DNA from: Kondoa subrosea
Taxonomy: Eukaryota
Direction of reading: 5' to 3'
NCBI GenBank assembly: GCA_039545335.1
Contig: BCIN01000001.1
Span: 3,661,136-3,725,135 of the forward strand
DNA length: 64,000 nucleotides
Both the position numbers and the translations under genes were made by a program. Shown one piece after another: positions 37,650 to 49,496 of the stretch; position 1 is the first letter of the stretch, and the number at the start of each line of letters is the position of its first letter. A model generated the notes under the pieces. The model was given only the letters and a program-made list of their open reading frames with translations, had not been told where the DNA came from and made no database searches.

Positions 37650-39816
37650 ATGCAAGGCTTTGGAGGACAGCAACGTGAGCACTACAGTCTGCTGTGTACA
37701 TTTAGCCTGTTCTGAGACGTGTCTGTGTCGTGGAATAGCTCAGATTGTGCGTCTAATAAGATTTCTTCGCGAAACCGTGCAAGGCTAAATATTGGTCTGC
37801 CTACAGCTGATCCTGAGAGAAGGAACAGATCAAAGTCAGGTAAGGCTCTTCTCAGCGCTGCTCTTTGAGCTTCGCATTGACGAACAACTTACAGGGAAAA
37901 GGCCAATTGATCAGTAATATCAAGTCAGTCTCTGTACTTATAGTCCGCACTCAAAGCTCAAAAGCATGGTCTGCAGTGCATGTCTATCGGTAGCTCAAAC
38001 AGTGGCTTCAACTCTAGGCCCAAGAGGCATGGACAAGCTGATAGTAGATTCAAGAGGTGAAGCTACAATATCCAACGATGGAGCAACCATTCTCAAGCTA
38101 CTTGATGTCGTTCATCCTGCCGCAAGAACTTTAGTCGATATTGCTCGAGCTCAAGATGCTGAAGTTGGAGATGGAACGACAAGCACGACCCTTATTGCTG
38201 CTGAATTGCTCAAGCAGTGTAAAGATCATATCGAAGAAGGTCTCAATCCTCATATCATCATCAAGGGCTATAGGAAAGCTGCCAGATTAGCTATTGAAAA
38301 GATTCGCGAAGTTGCAGTAACGATAGAGAAAGCTGATGAGAGGTCAGTGGAGTTATAGGCTGGTTTAAGTCAATTTCTGACTAAAGTCTATGTACAATGA
38401 CAGCGAGTTTCGTGGTCTTTTACTAAAATGTGCATCAACAGCAATGTCTTCCAAACTCATTCATTCCGAAAAACCCTTCTTCTCAAAAATGGTAGTCGAT
38501 GCAGTCCTTTCACTAGATCAAGAAGATCTTGACGAATCCTTGATCGGAGTGAAAAAGATTCCAGGCGGAGGTGTTCAGGATTCGCTTTTGGTTCAAGGAG
38601 TAGCTTTCAAAAAGACTTTCAGTTATGCTGGATTTGAACAGCAACCGAAATCCTTTGTCAACCCAAAGGTCGTTTGCTTGAATGTAGAACTAGAACTCAA
38701 GGCAGAACGAGATAATGCGGAAGTGAGAATTGAACATGTTTCTGTACGTTCTGCATCAATTAGAGCGCGATAGTGCTTATAAGGCTTTTTCGGACGTACA
38801 GGACTACCAAGCCATTGTGGATGCAGAATGGCGAATCATCTACCAAAAGCTGGAAGCAATTGTAGCAACAGGAGCCAAAGTCGTTCTTTCCCGTCTACCT
38901 ATTGGAGATCTCGCAACCCAGTATTTCGCCGATCGAGACATCTTCTGCGCAGGTCGAGTAGCAACCGAAGATCTGAAAAGAGTTGTCCAAGCAGTAGGAG
39001 GATCAACTCAATCGACTTGCACTGACATTCAAGAGAAACATTTGGGTACTTGCGGTCGCTTTGAAGAGAAACAAATTGGTGGTGAACGCTTCAACCTCTT
39101 CCAAGATTGCCCTCAAGCGAAGACTTGTACTTTGATCCTCAGAGGCGGAGCGGAACAATTCATTGCGGAAGTGGAAAGGAGTTTGCACGATGCTATAATG
39201 ATTGTCAAGCGAGCGATCAAGAACAATCAAGTTGTTGCTGGTGGTGGTGCAACAGAGGTCAGTTGACGATTTGGCTTATAAGCATAGACATGCTCAAGTT
39301 TGAATTGGTCTGGACAGATGGAAATCTCAAAATACCTTCGCGATCTTTCAAGGACAATAGAAGGCAAACAACAGCTAGTCATTGGCGCTTTCGCAAAAGC
39401 GCTCGAAATCATTCCTCGACAATTGTGTGACAATGCAGGCATTGATGGCACCGATATCCTCAATCAACTTCGAATGGTTCACGCTAAGGGAGATATTTGG
39501 GCAGGTGTGGACGTAGATGGAGAAGGAGGTGTGGCAGATAACATGAAACGCTTCGTCTGGGAACCAGCTTTGGTCAAGATCAATGCGATTGAAGGAGCTG
39601 CAGAAGCCGCGTGCTTAGTACTCAGCATTGATGAGACAGTTAGAAGTGGGTGAACCTTGCTTGCCTGCGCAGTTCTGTGCTCATGGACAAACCTTTCATT
39701 TTACAGATCCCCAATCCGAACAAGCTCAAGCTGGTCCTCAAATGAATCAGCAACAAATGCAAGCAGCTATGAGAGGACGAGGTAGAGGACGAGGTGGTCG
39801 CGGTCGAGGGCGGTAG
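37650..39816 (+). CDS. CCT7: T-complex protein 1 subunit eta (CCT7)
   Basis: [89 protein letters not shown] and an RG-rich C-terminus. Confidence 0.97.
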
Positions 39817-39893
39817 ATTTGCATGCTAGAATGAAATGCAAATATCTCCAGAGCCACAATTGCAAACGACAGAATCTTTACTTCGTCTCAATT

Positions 39894-42867
39894 CTATATG
39901 ACCAGCATATCACCCGTACAGTTGGAACACCTGTCAACCACTAGTCAGCTTTGTCAATCGCAAATAGCACCCGATCATACCATATCATGTCATGCCCTAA
40001 TTTCGCGGACGGTCTTCTTGAATTTGCATAGTCTTGCTGAACTGGTAGACCCATATCTGGAAAGTGTGCAGAACGAGGAGAAGGCCCAGAAGCTATCAAA
40101 TCAGGTAGACCGAGCTCTTCCTCCATTCGATTTTTGAGCATGTTCAAGCTTTGCCGTCGAGCATGTCTCGTCGCTGGAGGTAATGGACCTCTACTGCTCA
40201 AAGATGCTATTCTATCTGATTTAGGTGAAGGTACTTTGATAGGTGAGGTTGGGCTCGGAAGAGGAAGCAGATTGGTTTTCGGAGAAAGGAAATCCACATC
40301 ATCTCGCTGATCGAGTTGCATGTTTTCGTTGAGCGTCGGAAGGTGAGAAGAAGAACGACGATGGACAAACGAGGAGGGTCGACGAGATGACGGCTGAATA
40401 GTTGGCTTCGAGACTGGCGGGGTTGGTGAAATGGTTCTCGGAGGTGTAAGAGAGGAGGTTGATTGTGAGATAGACATAGGTGATGCGTTACGGTAAGAAG
40501 GTCCGGTTACTGGAGCAGAGCCCATGCCGAAGACTTCTGCCATCGCCTTCATTGCTTTGTCTCTTTCGATGAGAATGAGGGCGTTCAAGCTGTCTATCTG
40601 CTTTTGCATATCCTCTATCTGCTTCTTGGATGCTGACGATTCTTCTTCACTAGCTGATAGCTTGCTCTTCAGTGTTGAGACTTCCTCAACAGAGAGGTTC
40701 GAGTGAGCAGCTATCGGCGAGACTGCTACAGGTGTTTCGAGCGTAGTGAATTCGGGTGCTTTTTCCTCTGAAGCTGCTTCTGACTGTTTGAGCTGGAGTT
40801 CTTGTAATTCTGTTCGCTGCTGTTCAACCAAATCCTTTACCTCAGCCAATTCGCTTTGCAAAGATGTTCGAGATGTCGTTTCATCTTTGGCGAGCGCCTC
40901 AGACTTCTCCAAAGCACTCTTCAGCGACTCGACTTCTTCCGTCGCAGCCTTATTTTCTTGTCTGAGCTTGGTGACTTCGGAATCCGCTTGAGATAATTTA
41001 CTCCTCAGTGCTCCAATCTCGCTCTCCCTAGTCTTGGAATCGTCTTGAGCATATTCGACTTCCCTCTCTGCTCTCTCAACTTTTTCTTTCAACTCCGAAA
41101 CCAATTTCTCGGTTTCCTTCAACGACGTAGAAGTAGTTTTCAACCCTTCTTTACTGTTTTCCAGCTCCGCTCTGAGTCGATCACTTTCTACATCCTTTTC
41201 TCTAATCGTTCGGGCGGAAGTGTCGAGCTTCTCACTCTTTTCTGCGAGTTCATCGGTAGTAGAAACTAATTTGCCTCGAAGTTCAGTTAAATCAGCCATA
41301 AGCTGTTCGTTATCTTTTTGCAAAGCATCACGACGGGTAGAGATGGTTGTTTTGGCTGCTTCGGCATCACGCAATGAGGTTTGCGTAGAGGATAAGGTGG
41401 ATTTCAGTTCGTTCAATTCAGTTGAGCCGGATTTGAACGTCGCTTGTAAAGATTTGTGAGATTTGGTGAGATCGTCGAGCTTGGTTTGTAGGGATTTAGA
41501 AGAAGTCGAAAGCTGTTCATGCTCTTTCCGCAGCGAATCGATTTCTTTTTTCAAGTCATCTCGCTCGCTTTCTGTCTTCTCTGACAACGCAGTGAGTTCT
41601 TCCAATCGTTTCGACAAATCATCCACTTTCGTTTGCAACGCATCTCGCTCGCTTGTCAGTTTCGAGGCGGCGGATTTCGATTTCGAGAGTTCCGCTTCAA
41701 GTGAATCAGCATGTGAGGATTTAGCTTTTAATCGACTTTCCACTTCGTCTAGTTGTTCTTGTTGCGATGAAGATGTATTCGCCAATCGTTCTTTATGGGA
41801 ATCGAGTTCTTCTGCTTTTGATGCAAGTCTTTGCTGCAATTCTTCTTGTTCTGATTTTGTTCGAGCTACTTCTCGTTCCTTTCCTCAATATATCAGTATA
41901 CAGTCCTAACTGATAGTGAAAGGGAGGAACAACGGACTAGTTCACGTATTCGATCAATACTCTCTTTCTCCTTTTTCTCAACCTCTTCTTTCTTCCCTTT
42001 CTCCTGCTCTATACTCTTCTTCAAGCTTTCCACTTCTTTAGTGAGTGCATCTAATCCTTTCAACTTTTTGATCTGTTCTTCCAATTCATCCTCTAATTCC
42101 GATAACCTCGATTCACTTTGATCTAATTGTGAAGATAGAGAAGATTTTTCGAAAACGAGTAGAGAGATTGTGGATTGTTGTGAATCTATCAATTGTTGGA
42201 GTTTGATCGTTTCTTCAGAAGAAGAAGAATCTTGGTTTGCTGTTGTTGAAGCTGATTCTGTTGTTGAAGGTTGTTCATCCTTTGAAGGCTTCTCTACTTC
42301 TACTGGAGCAGATGTAGGAGAAGAAGGTTCCGTTTCTTCCAGAGCAAAAGGAGCAGGTCTTGTAGAAGTACTGGTAGCAGGCTTTGACTGATCTTCCTCC
42401 TTCTCCTTCGAATCGGCTTGCTCTTCAGGTATAGTCTCCACAGTCACAGCCTCAGCCTCAGGGATAGCAGCTTCCTTCTTGACTGCCTCTGATTCAGCTT
42501 GAGCATCATCTTGTTCTGCAAGCTTTGGAGTCTCCTCGCTCTTGCTCTCCAATTCAGGTCTAATGCAACATACTCAGCATGTGTACCACACAGACCAATA
42601 TGAAGCAAGCGCGCACGTAGCTGATCCATTCGCGTTCGACTCCAGCCCTATCACCTCTGAATCCCCATTAACAGCAGCTGTAGTGGTAGAGATAGAAGCA
42701 GAATTCTTTGCTGCTTTCTTCTTATGGTTCTTGAGCTGTGCAACCCATTATATCGCAATTTCAGTAATCTTAGACTTATGAGCAATTTCGCAAAGAATGG
42801 GTCGACGTACGCGAGCTTTGGCTTTTGCTAATTGAGCAGCACGCTCTTCTGCTGTTTGCTCAGACAT
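39894..42867 (-). CDS. Long coiled-coil protein, GM130/Bug1-like golgin
   Basis: N-terminus MSEQTAEERAAQLAKAKAR|LKNHKKK, STISLLVFEKSSL, a long heptad coiled coil, and last exon giving ...IWCSNCTGDMLVI*. Confidence 0.7.
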
Positions 42868-43190
42868 CTAATGGGTGTTGGGTATTGCGAGAACAAGGTA
42901 TAAACGCGATAATCGCGGTCTTTGACAAGTCACGAGCAGATTAAAGAAGTCGGTCCTGTAGCAAGTAGCAAGGAACAATGTATTAAGGATGATTACTATG
43001 CATTATATTTGGACGAAGAAGCTATATCTAAGTTAGTGTACAATTTCAAAGAACTCCATCTTTCCGTTTCTCTCAACTATTCTGAACAATTTGTATTTGA
43101 AACGAATAACGAAACACGACCATCTTGAACAGGGATTGCTGGTAAAAAGAGAGAGTAGGAGAGCTTGAGTTGAATTAGTTAGCAGTTGAT

Positions 43191-43966
43191 TTAAGCAGTC
43201 ATTGGGCCTGATTGACAAAAGTAAGCAACAGTATTGACCTGTACTCAAAGGAACATACCGGTTGGTCCGTTGCCGTTTCTCATTGATCGAGCTCCAAGGA
43301 AGAGGATGAAGACGAAGAGTACACTGCAAACAGTAGGGAATCAGTCCCAGACATGTCTAGCGAAATCATCGGACATACGTGAACAAGATGAATTGAATCC
43401 ATCCGAAAGCTTCAATCGCATTCAATTGATTGCAGTGAGGGCCATCGAAGGAGCCGCATGAGAGACCTCCGTTCAGGTAGTTTGTGATTGCTGCTGCTCC
43501 GGCCAACCAGAAGAGCCAAGTGAGGAAAACCCAAACGGCATGACTTGCAATTGAAGCGATGATGGATGTTGTTGCTTTCAAAAATGCGCCAATGTAGAAG
43601 AATCCGAACACAATGGTCCATCTGGTAAAGCAAATATTGATGAATTTCCGGATTTGGTAGAAAAAAAGTCAACAAAACTTACATGCTAGTGAATAGAAGG
43701 AAGCGAGTTGCAGTCTTGATGCCCGTTGACGGGTAGTTGTCATCTCGGTTGTATGAGGCCACCACGACGGCGGTGATGATCATTTCAATCAAAGCTAGAC
43801 AAATAAAGAGTCAGGCAACTTCGAGAGACATGCAAGGCAATTGCGAACTCACAAATGAAAATGAGGAAGCCCAAGAAAGCTGGGTGAGCCTCTGTGTGTA
43901 CTGTTAGTCCTATTCTGGTCCGAATGCATGCAGAGACTTGCTTTTGACGATATCTCCTAGAGCCAT
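43191..43966 (-). CDS. MARVEL-domain four-TM membrane protein
   Basis: TRFLLFTS|IWT, SIASHAVWVFLTWLFWLAGAAAIT and C.....CNQLNAIEAFGWI. The first intron appears to be GC-AG. Confidence 0.88.
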
Positions 43967-44845
43967 TGCTGTTTATTCTGTAGGATTCCAGGTAAGCGAT
44001 GCTCTGTTCCGAGATGGAGGTAGAGACTAACAAGGTGTTTGTAGAAAGTATTAGGATGTGAGAGACTGGTAGATCGCTTGAGAGTGGATGTCGGAAAGAA
44101 AGACTCTAGAAAATCAAAATAGGCAAAAATCAGCAGAGTACAGGTGGCGTGCCTGGACTCATGCGTCATCGCGAGAAGTTCAAGCACGAAATCAACTGAT
44201 TTATTGCCTGTAGACGACACTCTGAATGCCCAGCACTGCTTATTGCTGAGCTCTGGTCAGTCTTCATCACAAATTTAAAAAGAGAATTCTTGCTGATCAT
44301 CTCGGTCACCATGTTTTGGTATCTGGTTGCGCTCTCTTGTTCTGGAGCTGCATGTATGCTGCTCGTATACTACTTCTACTCACTGCTGAAGTCGCCTGAC
44401 ACCTGCCTTCCCAAAATATGCCTGTTCGAAGGTCCGCTTTCCTTCTCTCTACTTGTCTGTTGGCTCTGGAAACGAGTCGATTAGTACGTCCGCAACAGGC
44501 TCAAGTCTTATAATTGTTTCTTTCCTGCTTCTCTACAATGTTCAGTCTCTACACAAAAGTAAACATTACAATCTTCCATTGGTTGCTTGCTGTCTTTTCA
44601 ATCCCTTCAGTCGCGCTATCTTCTGTCCTCAACAGGTCTGCATGTCCACTCGATCACGTGAAAGAAAATCCGGTTGGACTTTGTCGAGGCTGTGCGGAAT
44701 ATCTATTCCTGACTCATGTGTTTCCGGGTAGTTGATTTACTGTTTCACTTTCTCTCTCTCAAAGCTCTTTTGCTAACAACAATTCAATTTCACTTGTCTC
44801 CATCCAATATACCCGGAATCTGGAATTCCCCCCTGTTCTTTCAGC

Positions 44846-45792
44846 ATGAATAAATCCGTTATCGCAATTGTTTGCTCAGTTTTGATTTCTCCTATCCAAG
44901 CTCAAAAGTATCAAGATCAATTAGTACAGATGTCAAGATATATGGCAAGCCTTTAGCGTTCTCTGTCCGCGAACCTTCACCTGAAGCATGATTCAGGATT
45001 GTCCGCCAGCGCAAGTTGGTTATGACTGTATGTCCCTATGACTGTCTAGGATGAAGGTCACTGATCTGTTTGTGTCGGACAGCAAACAACGATATTATCG
45101 TTACTGGATTCCTCAACGGTTTGAGAAGTCTGGAATGCGAATGCTGGTCGTCTACAGTAGCAGATGATGATGGTTACACCTGCACCTACGATGTGAGCTT
45201 TGACATTCAACGACTTTCCTAAAGCAATTTTTGATCAGCTAAACAATAGGTCAACGGAAACCTCGTCAACAGAAGATCAGATACAAATCGATCATGCCCC
45301 TCTTCAGTCAAACCCTCACTCAGTACTGGTCAATACTGTTATACTTCTTGCTATGCTGCAACAGAAAGCAATCTCGTGCTCGCAAGTTCAGAATTTTCGG
45401 TCGATGATTCGTCAGTTTCTGTTATATCGCAACAAGCTATATGGAATCCTGACGTGTCGCGTCACTACACAGAGGAATGCCAGCTTCTACTATTTGTCAC
45501 TATGCAGTTGATGCAAAAGCAGCACGCAAGGACATTATTGCTCTAGAATGTTAGCTGCTTGTTCCTATTCTCTCCTGCATGCCGATTCTGATTCTATGAC
45601 CTGCTGAACACAGGCGTGTATGATCCTGAAACGGGGAAAATCGCAAATGAAGGGGCAGAAGGCAGTTTAGATTCACAAATCGGTTGCCCTTCATCTATTC
45701 CAAGAAGTGAATACTGCAGCACTCCAAGAGCTAGCGATCGCAAGCGATCAACATTGTCGAACTTCCTCTTGCATCTTCAGAAAAAGCACTGA
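44846..45792 (+). CDS. Small secreted cysteine-rich protein with two C-x-YD-x(2-3)-G...CPSS repeats (not in ORF track)
   Basis: Signal peptide MNKSVIAIVCSVLISPIQA. Five introns (the first GC-AG) give an open frame ...ECECW...YTCTYDVNGNLV...SCPSS...YC...TICHY...LECVYDPETGKI...GCPSS...EYC...KKH*. Confidence 0.72.
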
Positions 45793-45873
45793 TCTGAGAT
45801 TAGTGGGAAAACGGACACTTTGATAGAACCATTTGATATGGAATCCAAGAATAATACACGCATAGAGTAACCC

Positions 45874-47913
45874 TTACATAGAAGACCAATGTAGCATAGC
45901 ACCGCATGCGAAACCCAATCTTTCTATCGCTATGTCATCAAGTTGAAGTTCTTGATACTACTAGAGATCAGTCAGGATCTGACAAGACTAGTATTGAGAG
46001 CTTACACCAACTGAGATGATTACGGCCCCTGGAGTAAACACTTGTTCTCCAACGCTCCTCTCAACCAAAAAAATCAAAAAATTATCTCATCCTCATCCTC
46101 CTCCATCTTCATTTTCTTATACACTGACTGATCTTTCCCATCCTCCCTATCTTTTCTCTTGTCACTCCCAGTACCTCCCTCTACCGATTTCCTCTTCAAT
46201 TTTGGTGCTACCCTCGATTCGGGTTTGATGACGCATTTCGATGCGACGTTGAAGGGTTGTTGAGACGCGGAGCGAGAAGTAGAACATATAAGCCCGGTAG
46301 AGGTGGAAGTACCAATGTATAGCATATTGGGGTTGCGTACGCCGGCTGCTGAATTATGATTTTCGCTGCGCCGCCTCGACATCGCTTTCTCTTTCTCTTT
46401 CACTCTGTCTTTTAGCTGCTTACGCCTAGAATTAGGATGGGTAGAAGTAGTTCTACGCGTTGAAGTAACAGGACCGGCCACAGAAAAGACATAGGGAGAC
46501 ATTATGTGAGGCACGGCAGCAGCGGGTACGGGAGCCATTGGATTGTTGTGATTGGCGACAATATCACTTAACCAAGCGTAGACTTCCTCATCTTGCACCG
46601 ACCAGGCTTTTGTGCCCAAGGGAACGTTGGGCTTGGGTGCTTCAACTTGAAATAATGTAAGATTTGGGATAGGCAAAGAAGGGAGATCTATGAAAGCGGA
46701 ATTGGCAATAATGTAGCCTTCGCTAGACTGTAAGCGATAGGAAGAGATAGGACCAGATAATTCGAAATCAGACAGAATAGTTAGTCTTCAAAGTTTCTTT
46801 GAGCGTAGATTGACGCGATACCAGCGTCTTCTCCCCTTGGAAGCTGATCAGAAGCTGAGAAGGAGCAATGCTTTGCTGTTTCTGAGCTTCCTCGTTTGCA
46901 GAAGAAGCCCGCAGGACAATGGGAACGAGCGAACAAGTTACATGCGATATTACAGAGACATGAGCTCTATGTATTTGTTCAGTCCGTACAGCTGTGGACA
47001 TCTTCCTTCATGTTGCTGTACACGGTTCTCATGCGATATAAGCAGCATGCGTAGCATGGAAAATGATACTGCTTGCAAAAATCAATGCCTAAGCCTTAAC
47101 TTTCACCGGCGAACTCACAGTGCATATGAAAACATCCTGTCCCAGCTCATCACATACCTCACAAGATCTCATCCTCTTCAGCTTTGATCCTCATTTGATC
47201 TACCTTTGCTTTCTTCCTCCTTACTTCTTTGTCCAATCCTTCATCTCCCAATCTACTTCTCTTCTCGCCTTTGTCCTGCTCAAACAATGTATCACTACCC
47301 CCATCAACTCTGTTGACCGGTTTCGTTTCACTACCGGAGGAGGAAGCCAGATGTCTGATCGCTTTTAACACATCAACCGAAGTATGAGCATGTCGACCAG
47401 GACCGATCCTTATCACCCCTTTTTCTACTGGCGTATTAACAAAAAGACCACTTCTCGTATGAGCTGAAGGTTGCGTGGGGATTTGGATTGAAGCAAAAAG
47501 GGTTTATTAGGTAAAGCAGAAGCAGAAGTAGAGGAGGAGGATGCTGGTTTGATTGGTAATCGATGATTTGTTGTGGTAGGAGGAGATTTGGAAGAGAATG
47601 ATGAGGTAGATGGGGAGAGCGAGATGGGATCGGGTTGCAGATAAGAAGAAGTACGACTCGCCCTACGTACATCGCGAGATGGTCTTCTTCTACGGCTCCT
47701 TGAAGGTTCTCTAGGTACTTCAGTAGTCTCGAATGAAGCGGGTCTGTCGGGAATACGAGAAGATGAGCTGGGCTTATCCGGAATGCGAGTCTCTGTTTCT
47801 CTTGGACTTCTTGGTTGAGATACTGGTGGAGGATCTGCTTTGACGAGAACGACTTGCGGTGGCGGTACTTTAGGCAACTCAGAGAAAGCTGATTGCGCAA
47901 GTGGATACGACAT
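45874..47913 (-). CDS. Uncharacterised protein(s), possibly two genes, with apparent frameshifts in T homopolymers
   Basis: Protein-like ORF segments (MSYPLAQ..., IRIGPGRH..., FELSGPI...VYAWLSDIV..., YQELQLDDIAIERLGF) are joined by GT-AG introns. Frame breaks occur near 47495 and 46067-46081. No family recognised. Confidence 0.45.
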
Positions 47914-48497
47914 GAAGGTTAAGCGATATCTCGAAGTGGAGCCAGAGAGCTCAAACGGAAGTTAGAAACATCAGCGCTGAGCCCAGGCGAAAGAAACAAC
48001 AAGAGGGTAGATACCTGACAGCAGTACGAATAAGTCAGTCACTAAACAGCTGCCAGACGTAAAAGAGATATGAACCTGAAAATCACGAGAATGGTTGTGA
48101 TAGTCTCCCTAAGAGATACCTTCCGCGAGACAATAGTCTTCTCTCCTCCGTTGTATGACACGAGAAGGAACATAGCAAATATTTGCGGAATGCGAAAACT
48201 GATGAATGTTCAGAGCGGCCCGCAGACGACGGAGCCTGCCTGCTAGGTTTGATTCAGAGGAGTGACATCATGGCAGTTGAGCTGCAGCCAGTATGACCGC
48301 GAGCAGAGAGAAATCGTTTGAGAGCAAGCCTCAAGATTATTAGGTAAGCAATTTCGTTGGCTGCTGCTATCCCCTTTTGGTGTCTACGTGCTTCGATGCA
48401 ATGTTATGCGCATGGTCGATTAGCACCGGTGCCACCAGCAATGCAATATGAACAATTCAAGCCGATGCGATTTGAAATGCCTTGACACCCGACCCGT

Positions 48498-49373
48498 CTA
48501 CGCCCTAGCTTCCTTTCCTCCACCTTTACCAGCAGTCAAGTTCATTACTTCGTTAAGTATCACTTTCCTACTCTTGCCGTTCAAATGCGAATTGTTGAGT
48601 ACATGAACTTGAGCGACTTTCGTGACGGTGTTCAATTTCTGTTCTTCTTTACCTTGTACTTGACTGACTAGTGTTTTCAATGGTATAGATGGTCGTAAAA
48701 GAGGTAAAGAAGTATAAACAGAAGGAGTTTGACCTTCTTTGTTTGATGAAGAAAGATCGACTGCTAGTTTTGGGTTGACCAATTTTTGTGGTACGAAAGC
48801 TGGTGTTCTTGATATTGATGATCCAGCATCCCTTCTACTACCACCTGCTCTTGCTGGTCTCTTACTTTTTGCTGCTCTACCTTTATTCGATTGACTTGCA
48901 CTAGAAGATCTTCCTGTTCTTGTATTCAAAGAAGAAGAGCGATGACCTTCACCAGACTTAGTAGTTGCCGATGATAATGGAACAATAGCATCGATATCTT
49001 CCATCTCAAACCCGCTTGGTTTATTCATTCGAGCTCTCAACCTTTCTCCTACATTGATACTGTTGACAGGTTTAGAGATACTCGGTGCTCTTCTAACGGA
49101 AGCAGAGGAAGAAGAAGTAGCAGATGATCTGGATTTATGAAAAGCTTGAGCTTGTTTGATAGCTGAAGACCAATCGATTCCTCCGATTTTGACGGCGGCA
49201 TGATCTTTTGGTTTGCGCATATTAGCTGGAGCGGAAGTTGGGTGAGATAAAGTCCGAGCTTGTTCTGTTGTTGTTGCTGCTGCAGTAGAGGGAGAATCGG
49301 AAGCCAGAGATTGAGAAGTGCTTGAGAAAGATCGGATTGTGCATTTTCTGAGTGATCTGAGTGATTTCGACAT
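48498..49373 (-). CDS. Uncharacterised basic protein with predicted mitochondrial presequence (single exon)
   Basis: 291-aa ORF. MSKSLRSLRKCTIRSFSSTSQSLA has the R-x-F-S-S-T pattern of a mitochondrial targeting peptide. Confidence 0.75.
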   Translation of the reverse strand: MSKSLRSLRKCTIRSFSSTSQSLASDSPSTAAATTTEQARTLSHPTSAPANMRKPKDHAAVKIGGIDWSSAIKQAQAFHKSRSSATSSSSASVRRAPSISKPVNSINVGERLRARMNKPSGFEMEDIDAIVPLSSATTKSGEGHRSSSLNTRTGRSSSASQSNKGRAAKSKRPARAGGSRRDAGSSISRTPAFVPQKLVNPKLAVDLSSSNKEGQTPSVYTSLPLLRPSIPLKTLVSQVQGKEEQKLNTVTKVAQVHVLNNSHLNGKSRKVILNEVMNLTAGKGGGKEARA

Positions 49374-49496
49374 CTGTGAGAGGCCAGCCTATGAGCTGAG
49401 CTATCATATACAAGCAATGAGGCGTACTGCGGCTTTCCAGAACAAAGTCACTGTTTCAGGTCAAATGCTATATTTTCTGGTTGCTGGCAGAGCACC

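Noticed and set aside
39770..39816. RGRGRGRGG tail on CCT7
   Set aside because: RG-rich C-termini are common in fungal CCT7 as far as I know, so this is not unusual.
44290..44845. Short hydrophobic or Cys-containing ORFs upstream of the small secreted gene
   Set aside because: I could not build a consistent spliced model. They may be a 5' UTR with an intron ending just before ATG 44846, or uORFs.
45560..45800. Apparent minus-strand exons overlapping the small secreted gene antisense
   Set aside because: The minus gene has an in-frame stop at 45874, and the plus frame explains the region better through its repeat symmetry.
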